A stretch of DNA of 32,000 bases from Phycisphaera mikurensis NBRC 102666 (GCF_000284115.1 NC_017080.1:3540001-3572000), one strand, 5' to 3'; positions 1-8,057 are shown, numbered from the stretch's first letter. A program made the numbers and translations. The notes: a model not told the origin generated them from the letters alone.

Positions 1-641
1 AGCTCGACCACCGTGGCGACAAGAAGGACAACTGGCAGCCCGAGGCCGAGAGCCTCATGCAGGACCCGACCCGGGCGATGGGATCGCTGCAGCGGGCGCT
101 GGGGCTCGATGCCGCGACCGACGGCGCACTCCGCTGCATGGAGGCCTTCGACATCGCCCACCTGATGGGCGGCGAAACCGTCGCGAGCAAGGTCTGCTTC
201 GTCGACGGCCGCCCGCTGAAGGACATGTACCGCCGGTACAAGATCACCACCGCCGCCAACGACGACTTCCAATCGATGCGCGAGGTGCTCACCCGCCGCT
301 ACCGCGACGCCGGGAAGGGCGACGAGCTGTACCCCGACGTCATCCTGATCGACGGCGGCAAGGGCCAGCTGTCCGCGGCGATGGGCATCTTCCGCGAGCT
401 GGAGGTGCAGCCCCCGCGGGTCATCTCGCTCGCGAAGAAAGAGGAGCTGATCTACGCCACGTGGCTGGACGAGCCGGTGAAGCTCGGCCGCAACAACCCG
501 GGGCTGAAGCTGTGCATGGCGATCCGCGACGAGGCGCACCGCTTTGCGCAGCACTACCACCACATCCTGCGGCGGAAGAAGGTGCTGGGGATCGAGGGAA
601 CCGTGGCGAAGGCCAAGAAGATCAAGACGAGAGCGAGCTGA
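1..641 (+). CDS. uvrC: Excinuclease ABC subunit C (UvrC), C-terminal part; the 5' end lies outside the window
   Basis: The frame containing ORF 57..641 stays open back to the window edge (codons from nt 3) and ends at TGA 639-641. The translation shows the UvrC RNase-H-like endonuclease domain pattern (FDIAHLMGGETVASKVCF, YRRYKI, PDVILIDGGKGQL, IRDEAHRFA), colinear with the distal half of E. coli UvrC. Confidence 0.85.
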   Translation, partial: LDHRGDKKDNWQPEAESLMQDPTRAMGSLQRALGLDAATDGALRCMEAFDIAHLMGGETVASKVCFVDGRPLKDMYRRYKITTAANDDFQSMREVLTRRYRDAGKGDELYPDVILIDGGKGQLSAAMGIFRELEVQPPRVISLAKKEELIYATWLDEPVKLGRNNPGLKLCMAIRDEAHRFAQHYHHILRRKKVLGIEGTVAKAKKIKTRAS

Positions 642-698
642 GGGCGCCGGCGCCCGACCCCGCGACGGCCCGCCGCCGCGCGGGCCTAGCTTCGCGCC

Positions 699-1703
699 AT
701 GGACGTCGCCATCTTCAGCACCCGGCGCTGGGACCGGGAAGCCCTCACCGCGGCCGCCGCGCGTCCCGAAAACGCGGAGCTGTCGCTCCGCTTCCTCGAG
801 GCCGGCCTCTCCCCCGGCACCGCCTCGCTGGCCCGGGGCTGCGGCGCCGCGTGCGTCTTCGTGAACGACGACGCGGGGGCCGCGACGCTCGAGGAGCTCG
901 CCGGACTCGGCGTCGGCGCCGTGGTCACCCGCAGCGCGGGCTTCAACCACGTCGACCTCGACGCCGCCGGCCGCTTGGGCATCGACGTGCTCCGGGTGCC
1001 GGCGTACGGGCCCGATGGCGTGGCCGAGCACGCGCTCGCCCTGCTGATGACGCTCAACCGCCGCACGCACCGCGCCTTCAACCGCGTGCGCGAGGGCAAC
1101 TTCGCCCTCGACGGGCTCATGGGCTTCGAGCTCCGCGGGAAGACCGTCGGCGTCGTGGGGACGGGGAAGATCGGCGCCGCCGCCTGCCGCATCTTCCTGG
1201 GCTTGGGCTGCGAGGTCCTCGCCTTCGACACCGCGCCCGCGGAGGACCTGCAAAACGCCGGCGTCGCGTTCGTCCCGCTCGACGAGCTCTGGCCGCGCTG
1301 CGACGTCGTGACGCTTCACTGCCCGCTCACGCCCGAAACCCACCACCTCGTAAGCGACCGGGTGCTCGCCGCCCTGCCGGACCACGCGATCGTGCTCAAC
1401 ACGTCGCGCGGCGGGCTCGTCGACACCGCCGCCGCGCTCGCCGCGCTGCGGGCACGCGCGATCGGCGGCCTCGGCATCGACGTGTACGAGGAGGAGGCCG
1501 GGCTCTTCTTCGAGGACCGCACCCAGCAGGGTCTGACCGACGAGCTGCTCGCGCAGCTGGTGGCGCTGCCCAACGTGCTGGTGACAGGGCACCAGGCTTT
1601 CTTCACGCGCGAGGCCGTCGGGCGGATCGCCGGCACGACGATGCAGAACCTCCGGTCGGTGGAGGAGGGCTCGGCCGGCGCGTGCCCCAACCGCGTCGGC
1701 TGA
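699..1703 (+). CDS. ldhA: D-isomer-specific 2-hydroxyacid dehydrogenase, D-lactate dehydrogenase (LdhA) type
   Basis: ATG at 699, stop at 1701-1703, 334 aa. It is colinear end to end with E. coli LdhA as I recall it: VFVNDD, AGFNHVDLDAA, RVPAYGP..VAEHA, NAD-binding GVVGTGKIG, LHCPLTPETHHL, NTSRGGLVD, DVYEEE..LFFED and VTGHQAFFT. Confidence 0.9.
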   Translation: MDVAIFSTRRWDREALTAAAARPENAELSLRFLEAGLSPGTASLARGCGAACVFVNDDAGAATLEELAGLGVGAVVTRSAGFNHVDLDAAGRLGIDVLRVPAYGPDGVAEHALALLMTLNRRTHRAFNRVREGNFALDGLMGFELRGKTVGVVGTGKIGAAACRIFLGLGCEVLAFDTAPAEDLQNAGVAFVPLDELWPRCDVVTLHCPLTPETHHLVSDRVLAALPDHAIVLNTSRGGLVDTAAALAALRARAIGGLGIDVYEEEAGLFFEDRTQQGLTDELLAQLVALPNVLVTGHQAFFTREAVGRIAGTTMQNLRSVEEGSAGACPNRVG

Positions 1704-1748
1704 TCCGCTCCGCGCCCTCACGCACGCGCCGGCCGCGCGGCCGAAGCC

Positions 1749-3776
1749 TCAGCCGCCCCGCTCCGCCAGCAGCTGCGTGTCGTCTTCGTAGCAGTAGACC
1801 CAGCCCGCGCCGGGCTCCCCCGCGTCCACCGGCTCCACGATCGGGTGCTCGGCGGCCCGGGCGTGCGCCCGCGCGTGCCGGTTCGGGGACGCGTCGCAGC
1901 AGCCGACCGCCCCGCACGCGGCGCAGCGGCGGAGGTGGACCCACGGCTCACCGGCCGCCACGCAGGCCGGGCACACGAGCCCGGCCCGCGCGGCTCCGGG
2001 CAGCGGCGGGAGCCGCAGCATCTCCGCGTGCGTGCACGCGGCGGAGGCGCCCGGCCCCGCGTCGACGGGCTCGGCGGGCACGTGGTGCAGCCCCGCCACC
2101 CACGCCGCCAGCTCGCGGCGGAAGGCCGCGTCGTCTCCGCCGGGCACGAAGAGGCGCGGCGGCGTGAGGCGCGGGTCGGCCTCGATCGCGTGCCGCACCG
2201 CCTCGGCCGCCTCGGGCGTGTCGTCGGCGACGATGACGGCCGCCGCGTCGGCTGCGCCCGCGGCGAGCAGGGCCTCGGCGCGCGTGTTGCTCCCGCGGTG
2301 GACGACGAGGGCCCCGCCACCGGCGGGCCGGAGCTCGCGCTCCGCCTCCGCCTCGAGCGTCGACGCCCGCCCCGGGTCCAGCGTCACCACGCTCACGTCC
2401 AGCGGCGAGCTTCGCAGCAACCCCAGCAGCGACTCCGCCCGCTCGCCGTACCCCGCCAGCACCACCCGCGGCCGGTCGCCGCCGCCTCCGGAGCCGCGGA
2501 CCGCCGGCGTTTCCGCCGATCCGGGACCGCGGTCCGCGGATCCCGCTGCCCCCACGAGCTTCCGCGAGGCGGCCGAGAGCAGCGGCGTGGCCAGCATCGA
2601 GACCACCGTCGCCGCGATGAACAGGTTCACGCCGCGCTCCGCAGCGCCGCCGGGCGTCAGCCCCGCCGCCGCCCCGGTCGCCTGCAGCACGAAGGCGAAC
2701 TCGCCCACCTGGGCCGTGAGCAGCCCCGCCGCGCCCGCCACCGCCCAGCGGCCGCCCGCGAGCCGCACCCCCGCCGCCGTGACGAGCGCCTTGAGCGCCA
2801 CCAGCGCCAGCACGCAGCCGACCACGGCCAGCGGGTTCGCCCAGACGAAGCCCGGGTCCAGCCGCATGCCGACCGAGGCGAAGAACACCGCGGAGAACAG
2901 CACCTGCAGCGGCATCACCTCGCCGAAGGCGTGGTGGCTGAAGCGGCTCTCGCTGATGAGCAGCCCCGCGAGGAAGGCCCCCAGCGCGAGGCTCACGCCG
3001 GCCAGCGACGTGAGCCAGGCGAGCCCGAAGCACACCGCCACGAGCGTCAGCAGGAAGACCTCCGCCGAGCACGTGCGTGCCACCCGCTCGATGACCGCCG
3101 GCACGATCCGCCGGGCGAGCAGCAGCACCGCCGCGACGATCCCGCCCGCCTTCGCCAGCGCCCACAGGAGCGCCGGCACGCCCCCGGCCCCGCCGTCCGC
3201 CCCGCCCGCCGCCGAGTCGCCCGCCGAGGTCGCCGCTCCGAGCATCGGCACCACCAGCACCATCGCCACCACCGCGAGGTCCTGGAAGATCAGCACCCCC
3301 AGCGTCGCCTGCCCCTCGTCGCTGCCGGTCCGCCGCTCGCCCGCCAGCAGCTTGAGCACGATCGCCGTCGACGACAGCGACACGAGGCACCCCGTGAAGA
3401 CCGCCGCCCGCCAGCCGACGCCCGCAACCACCAGCACCGCCGCCACCGCGGCGACGGTGCCGATCACCTGCGCGGCCCCCGCGATGAAGATGAGCCGCGA
3501 GATCTTCGCCAGCTTCTCCAGCGAAAACTCGATGCCGATCGTGAACAGCAGCAGCACGACGCCCACCTCGGCAAGCTGCGCAACCATCGCGTCGTCCTCC
3601 ACCACGCCCAAGCCGAAAGGCCCGAGCAACACGCCCGCGAGCAGGAAGCCGAGGATCGGCGCGACGCCGACCTTCACGCACGCGAAGGCGATGGCGGCGC
3701 AGCCCAGCAGCAACGCCACCATCTCCGGCAGCCGCGGGAGGGCGTCGCCGGCGGCGAGGGTGGCTCGGAGCATCAT
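1749..3776 (-). CDS. CPA2/Kef-type monovalent cation:proton antiporter with a TrkA-N/RCK-like segment and a C-terminal UBP-type zinc-finger module
   Basis: ATG (revcomp of 3774-3776), 675 aa. The N-terminal ~400 aa form a multi-pass membrane domain of Kef/CPA2 appearance (ILGFLLAGVLLGPFGLG, LLLFTIGIEFS, many Gly/Ala/Leu helices). A soluble Rossmann-like part follows (RVVLAGYGERAESLLGLL...VVTLD). The last ~95 aa are a Cys/His-rich module (CPAC...WVHLRRCAACGAVGCCDASPNRHARAH...HP...WVYCYEDD). Confidence 0.85.
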   Translation of the reverse strand: MMLRATLAAGDALPRLPEMVALLLGCAAIAFACVKVGVAPILGFLLAGVLLGPFGLGVVEDDAMVAQLAEVGVVLLLFTIGIEFSLEKLAKISRLIFIAGAAQVIGTVAAVAAVLVVAGVGWRAAVFTGCLVSLSSTAIVLKLLAGERRTGSDEGQATLGVLIFQDLAVVAMVLVVPMLGAATSAGDSAAGGADGGAGGVPALLWALAKAGGIVAAVLLLARRIVPAVIERVARTCSAEVFLLTLVAVCFGLAWLTSLAGVSLALGAFLAGLLISESRFSHHAFGEVMPLQVLFSAVFFASVGMRLDPGFVWANPLAVVGCVLALVALKALVTAAGVRLAGGRWAVAGAAGLLTAQVGEFAFVLQATGAAAGLTPGGAAERGVNLFIAATVVSMLATPLLSAASRKLVGAAGSADRGPGSAETPAVRGSGGGGDRPRVVLAGYGERAESLLGLLRSSPLDVSVVTLDPGRASTLEAEAERELRPAGGGALVVHRGSNTRAEALLAAGAADAAAVIVADDTPEAAEAVRHAIEADPRLTPPRLFVPGGDDAAFRRELAAWVAGLHHVPAEPVDAGPGASAACTHAEMLRLPPLPGAARAGLVCPACVAAGEPWVHLRRCAACGAVGCCDASPNRHARAHARAAEHPIVEPVDAGEPGAGWVYCYEDDTQLLAERGG

Positions 3777-3949
3777 CGGAAGAAGCTAGCGCATCGTGCG
3801 CCGAACCCCCCGCGCCGCCTCCGGACCGATCGACCGCCGGCGGGCCACCGCAGAAACCCGAACCCGATGGGAACCCGCCGCCGCTCGCCCGCGTCTGAAG
3901 GTTGAACGCCCCGCCCCGCGGGCCTCCGCACCTCCGCCCGAGCCCCTCC

Positions 3950-5140
3950 ATGCCCCGCCTCCTCGCCGTCAACCTCCCGCTGCTGCTGGCCCTCGCCGCG
4001 ACACCCGCCCCGCTCGCCACCGCCGCGCCCGACCCGGCCCCCGGCGCGGTCCGTGTGCCCGCCGCCAAGGCGGCGGCGCCGGTCGTCGAGCTCGCGATCC
4101 TGCTGGACACGTCCAACTCGATGGACGGGCTGATCGACCAGGCCCGCGCCCAGCTGTGGGGCATCGTCAACCGGGTGGCGAGCAAGACGCGGGGCGGGCA
4201 AGCCCCGCGGCTGCGGGTGGCGCTTTACGAGTACGGGAACAGCTCGATCCCCGTGGAAGCGGGCTACGTCCGGCTCGTGCAGCCGCTGACCGGCGACCTG
4301 GACCTCTTCTCGCGGGCGCTCTTCGAGCTGACCACCAACGGCGGCGACGAGTACTGCGGCGAGGCGATCGGCCGCGCCGTCGAGGAGCTGGAGTGGTCGC
4401 CCGAGAGCGTGAGCGGCAGCGGGTTCAGAGCGATCTACATCGCGGGCAACGAGCCGTTCACGCAGGGCGAGCGCCCCTACGCCTCGGCGTGCGCGGCGGC
4501 CGTCGGCAAGGGCGTGCGGGTCAACACGATCCACTGCGGACCCGAGGCGGTGGGTGCCGAGAGCGGCTGGCGGGACGGCGCGGAGCGAGCGGAGGGCGAC
4601 TTCCTGAACATCAACCAGGACGCCGCGGTCGCGGTCGCGGCCACGCCGATGGACGCCCGGCTGGCGGATCTGAGCAGGGAGATCAACGGGACCTACGCCT
4701 TCTTCGGCGGGCAGCGCCGGGAGCTCGAAGAGAACCAGAAGGTGCAGGATCGCAACGCCTCGCGGCTCGGCCGCGCGATCGCCGCCGAACGCGCGGCGAC
4801 GAAGTCCGGCCCCGGGTACCGCAACCGGGCGGACCTGGTCGACGCCACGCTCGACGCTCCGGCGCCCGCCGCCGCCCTCGCCGCCATCCCCGCCGGGGAC
4901 CTGCCCGAGGAGATGCGGGCCATGACCGACGGCGAGAGGCTCGCTCACGTCGAGAAGCTTGCCGCCGAGCGGGCGGCCCTCCAGGCCGAGATCCAGGAGC
5001 TCAGCATCGAGCGTGACGCCTTCCTCGCGGACCTCGCCGCCGGGGCCGCGGACGGGCCCGAGGCCGAAGACACGTTCGGGTCGGCGATCCTGGCGTCGGT
5101 CGACCGGCAGATGGAAGCCGCGGGCTTCGAGAAGAAGTGA
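3950..5140 (+). CDS. Secreted von Willebrand factor type A (VWA) domain protein with an Ala/Glu-rich C-terminal tail
   Basis: ATG 3950 starts a signal-peptide-like MPRLLAVNLPLLLALAATPAPLATAAP, so I prefer it over the TTG at 3902 used by the ORF track. There is a MIDAS-type motif LAILLDTSNSMDG, followed by the VWA-like LRVALYEYGN...TNGGDEYCGEAI...IYIAGNEPF. Stop is TGA 5138-5140. Confidence 0.8.
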   Translation: MPRLLAVNLPLLLALAATPAPLATAAPDPAPGAVRVPAAKAAAPVVELAILLDTSNSMDGLIDQARAQLWGIVNRVASKTRGGQAPRLRVALYEYGNSSIPVEAGYVRLVQPLTGDLDLFSRALFELTTNGGDEYCGEAIGRAVEELEWSPESVSGSGFRAIYIAGNEPFTQGERPYASACAAAVGKGVRVNTIHCGPEAVGAESGWRDGAERAEGDFLNINQDAAVAVAATPMDARLADLSREINGTYAFFGGQRRELEENQKVQDRNASRLGRAIAAERAATKSGPGYRNRADLVDATLDAPAPAAALAAIPAGDLPEEMRAMTDGERLAHVEKLAAERAALQAEIQELSIERDAFLADLAAGAADGPEAEDTFGSAILASVDRQMEAAGFEKK

Positions 5141-5198
5141 AGCAGCGACGGTGCCGGGACCTCGCGGGCGCACCCGCCGGGCGAGTGCGGAGCGACAA

Positions 5199-5246
5199 CC
5201 CGCGGACCGCCGCCGCTCCCAGCGGTCTCCGCCGCCGGTCCGCGGG
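5199..5246. terminator. GC-rich stem-loop between convergent genes (candidate bidirectional terminator; no U-tract)
   Basis: CCCGCGGACCG (5199-5209) and CGGTCCGCGGG (5236-5246) are perfect 11-bp inverted repeats. An inner CCGCT/AGCGG pairing sits in the 26-nt loop. The element lies between the VWA stop (5140) and the acyltransferase stop (5315). No T/A run flanks it, so its function is uncertain. Confidence 0.3.
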
Positions 5247-5314
5247 AACGCCGGGTGCAGGAGCGGGCCCGGCGGCGGCCCCTCGATGCGGCCGCGCCAC
5301 GCCGCGGCTGCGGC

Positions 5315-6025
5315 TCAAGGTCGGGCGTTCGCGGGCACCTCCCACGCAGTCAGCATCTCGGCGTAAAGCTTCTCGAACGCCGAGCCGAGCTCCGCGGCGT
5401 CGCGCTCCCGCCCGACCCGCCGGGCCTCGCCGGGGACGTCGCCGGCGCCGTCGAAGAGCAGCGGCTCGCCGACCGCCAGGTAGAGCGGGCTCCTGCGCCA
5501 AGGCAGGAAGGCGGCCGGGGACTGCAGACCCTGGCAGCCCAGGACCGCGACGGGCAGGACCGGCACGCCGGCGCGGCGGGCCATCACGCAGACGCCCGCC
5601 TTGGGGGTGGCGCCCAGGAGGAGGCTCCCCTCCCCGCGGACGCAGCCGCCCTCGGGGAAGATGCCGACGGTCTCGCCGGCGGCGAGCAGGCGGTCGGCGG
5701 CGCGGAAGGTCGAGTGCGTCGCGGCGGAGCGGTGCACGCGCACGCAGAGGTGGCGGTGGAGCAGCCAGCGGGCCCAGCGGCGCCGGTAGAACTCGTCGCG
5801 CGAGACGAACCACACGCGGCGCCGCATCGCGGTGCCGAGGATCACCGGCTCGAGGTGCGCCAGGTGGGTCACGGCGAGCAGGTGGCCGGCGGGCGGCGCG
5901 GCGTCGCCGTCGAGGCGCTCGCGGTGCAGCCAGTGCAGGCGGACGAAGCGGCGGAACAGCGTGCCGACGAGCAGGCGGCTGAGCCGGTACACCCGGTCGC
6001 TCCGCTCGGGCGGCCCCGCCGTCAC
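5315..6025 (-). CDS. PlsC-family (lysophospholipid/1-acyl-glycerol-3-phosphate-type) acyltransferase
   Basis: GTG start (revcomp of 6023-6025) overlaps the upstream gene's TGA by 4 nt (GTGA). The translation has acyltransferase block I as VTHLAHLEP (H-x4-E instead of H-x4-D), block III GIFPEGG and the later VPVLPVAV. The first in-frame ATG lies after block I, so the GTG start is required. The 410-aa track ORF 5315..6547 is an over-extension. Confidence 0.75.
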   Translation of the reverse strand: MTAGPPERSDRVYRLSRLLVGTLFRRFVRLHWLHRERLDGDAAPPAGHLLAVTHLAHLEPVILGTAMRRRVWFVSRDEFYRRRWARWLLHRHLCVRVHRSAATHSTFRAADRLLAAGETVGIFPEGGCVRGEGSLLLGATPKAGVCVMARRAGVPVLPVAVLGCQGLQSPAAFLPWRRSPLYLAVGEPLLFDGAGDVPGEARRVGRERDAAELGSAFEKLYAEMLTAWEVPANARP

Positions 6026-6735
6026 GCCTCGCCGCCGGGCTTGCGGAACGCGAAGAGCCAGCTGTGAAACGGCGTGCGGCCCCACAGCGGGCGGGCCTCG
6101 ACGCTGAAGCCGGCGGCGGCGAAGGGCGCAGTGACGCCCTCGACGGTCGGGAAGTGCCGCGCGGGCTGGGTCATCCAGCCGGCGAGGCGGATCGTCGCCT
6201 CCTCGATCCGCGTCGCGGCGTAGCGCCACGAGCGGGCGCGGGGCGTGGCACGCAGGACGACCCAGCCGCCGGGGCGGACGGCGGCGGCGAGAGCGTTCAG
6301 CAGCGGCTCCTGATCCGCGGCGGGGAAGTAGTGCAGCACGTCGAGCATCACGACGTGGGCCCACGCTCCGGGCCCGAGCAGGCCCGGCTCGTCGCCGCGG
6401 CCGACGCGGAGCGTGGTGGCCGCGTCGCCGGCGGCGGCAAGCGCCTGCCGCCCGTCGCGGATCTTCGGCTCGTCGGGATCGACGCCCGTGACCTCGCCGA
6501 CCCAGCCGCACGCGCGCAGCCAGAACGCGAGCAGACCGAGGCCGCACCCCACGTCGAGCAGCGGGCCCGGCGTGACGGGCCCGGCGAGCAGCCGCTCCGC
6601 GACCGCGGCGTACGCCGGGTCGGTCCTGAGCTTGCCCGCCGCGTAGTGGCGGTGGTAGCGGCCGCCAAGCCCGCCGCGGAACCGCCGGGCGATCCGCTGG
6701 ATCGCGTCCGCTCCCGGGGGCGGCGTGCCGCTCAC
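6022..6735 (-). CDS. Class I SAM-dependent methyltransferase
   Basis: GTG start (revcomp of 6733-6735) overlaps the hisI TGA (6732-6734) as GTGA. SAM-binding motif I is LLDVGCGLGLLAFWL, followed by VTGVDPDE, a post-I acidic residue, VVMLDVLHYF and PGGWVVL. The N-terminal 240 aa of track ORF 6022..7455 are Arg-rich shadow sequence overlapping hisI. Confidence 0.8.
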   Translation of the reverse strand: MSGTPPPGADAIQRIARRFRGGLGGRYHRHYAAGKLRTDPAYAAVAERLLAGPVTPGPLLDVGCGLGLLAFWLRACGWVGEVTGVDPDEPKIRDGRQALAAAGDAATTLRVGRGDEPGLLGPGAWAHVVMLDVLHYFPAADQEPLLNALAAAVRPGGWVVLRATPRARSWRYAATRIEEATIRLAGWMTQPARHFPTVEGVTAPFAAAGFSVEARPLWGRTPFHSWLFAFRKPGGEA

Positions 6736-7205
6736 GCGCCCCCGTAGACCTTCTCGGGATCGAACACCCGCTGCTCGACGATCTTCAGCCCCTCGCCCTC
6801 GACCGCCCGGTAGAAGCAGCCCGGGAAGCCGACGTGGCACGACGCCGCGACGCCGCCGGCGCCGTCGGCCGTGGCGGCCCCGATCCGCACCCTCGCGAGC
6901 ACCACGTCCTGGTCGCAGTCGGTCCGCAGCTCCACCACCGCCTGGCTCATCCCGCTGCTCTCGCCTTTCCGCCAGAGCTTGGCCCGGCTCCGCGACCAGT
7001 AGTGGACGAAGCCGGTGTCGATGGTCGCCCGCAGCGACTCCGCGTTCATGAACGCGAACATCAGCACCTCGCCCGTGTCCGCGTGCTGGGTGACGCAGGG
7101 GATGAGGCCTTCCCGGTCGAAGCGCGGCGTGAACGCGTGCCCGAGCTCGAGGGCCTTCTTCTCGGCGGGCGGCTCGGGGAAGCTCTTTGGAGGAGGCGCG
7201 GGCAT
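6732..7205 (-). CDS. hisI: Phosphoribosyl-AMP cyclohydrolase (monofunctional HisI)
   Basis: ATG (revcomp of 7203-7205), 157 aa. HisI signature blocks are GLIPCVTQHADTGEVLMFAFMNAESL, YWSRSRAKLWRKGESSG, LRTDCDQDVVL and CHVGFPGCFYR. There is no HisE (pyrophosphohydrolase) extension. Confidence 0.9.
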   Translation of the reverse strand: MPAPPPKSFPEPPAEKKALELGHAFTPRFDREGLIPCVTQHADTGEVLMFAFMNAESLRATIDTGFVHYWSRSRAKLWRKGESSGMSQAVVELRTDCDQDVVLARVRIGAATADGAGGVAASCHVGFPGCFYRAVEGEGLKIVEQRVFDPEKVYGGA

Positions 7206-7340
7206 CGGGAGAAAGGTACCGGCAGGAAGTCGCGTGGCCGCCGCAGCGCCTCGCCCGAGGGGCTGCTCCTCGGGCTCCGCCGGAGGGAACCCCGCGTACG
7301 CCCGCTCCTGCGGTGGACCGCTGGATCGCGAAGCGATATC

Positions 7341-8057
7341 GCGGCCGGGCTGGCTGCGAGAGCTGAGCGGCGACGCCGCTCTGTCTGCCCTGTGCGCGAG
7401 GGAGCTGCATCGCGGCTCGGACAGCGTGGCGTCGCCACGCAGCTAGCGCGGCCAAGCTGGCTCCGAAAGCTGAGCGGCGACGCCGCTCTGTCTGCTTGTG
7501 CGCGAGGGAGCTGGATGGGGAGTCGGACAGCGTGGCGTCGCCACGCAGCTAGCGCGGCCAGGGGCTGGCTGCGAGAGCTGAGCGGCGACGCCGCTCTTTC
7601 TGCTTGTGCGCGAGGGAGCTGCATCGCGACCCGGACAGCGTGGCGTCGCCACGCAGCTACCGCGGCCAAGCTGGCGGCGAGAGCTGAGCGGCGACGCCGC
7701 TCTGTCTGCCTTGTGCGCGAAGGAGCCGGATCGCGACCCGGACAGCGTGGCGTCGCCACGCAGCTAGCGCGGCCAAGCTGGCTCCGAGAGCTGAGCGGCG
7801 ACGCCGCTCTGTCTGCTTGTGCGCGAAGGAGCTGCATCGCGACTCGGACAGCGTGGCGTCGCCACGCAGCTACCGCGGCCAAGCTGGCGGCGAGAGCTGA
7901 GCGGCGACGCCGCTCTGTCTGCTTGTGCGCGAGGGAGCTGCATCGCGGCTCGGACAGCGTGGCGTCGCCACGCAGCTAGCGCGGCCAGGCTGGCGGCGAG
8001 AGCTGAGCGGCGACGCCGCTCTGTCTGCTTGTGCGCGAAGGAGCTGGATCGGGGCCA
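7341..8057. repeat. Tandem array of ~6.7 copies of a 106-108 bp unit, each with two invariant 17-nt perfect palindromes
   Basis: Unit starts were read off the sequence at 7341, 7448, 7554, 7662, 7769, 7875 and 7981. The last copy diverges after ~8055. GAGCGGCGACGCCGCTC is present and identical in 7/7 copies. GCGTGGCGTCGCCACGC is identical in copies 1-6. The linkers carry substitutions and 1-2 bp indels. The array occupies the ppk-hisI intergenic region. Confidence 0.95.

Noticed and set aside
1730-1743. 14-nt perfect GC palindrome CGGCCGCGCGGCCG between convergent ldhA and the antiporter gene, considered as a terminator
   Set aside because: It has no loop and no flanking T/A tract. Short GC palindromes of this kind are expected by chance at this base composition.
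5315-7455. Extended versions of the acyltransferase (5315..6547) and methyltransferase (6022..7455) ORFs
   Set aside because: The N-terminal extensions are Arg-rich and overlap the preceding genes completely. GTG starts forming GTGA overlaps with the upstream stop codons give proteins of normal domain length.
6834-7979. Long ORFs running through the repeat array (6834..7979 +, 7061..7882 -, 7015..7446 +, 7443..7652 -) that encode repeating peptides
   Set aside because: Unit lengths are 106, 107 and 108 bp, so the frame shifts from copy to copy. The translations are Arg/Ala/Ser-rich shadow-type sequence. Conservation is concentrated in the DNA palindromes rather than in any one reading frame.
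7341-8057. Possible CRISPR array
   Set aside because: The whole ~107-bp unit repeats with only point differences. There are no unique spacers between short conserved repeats, the period is far longer than CRISPR repeat-plus-spacer units, and no cas genes are present in the window.
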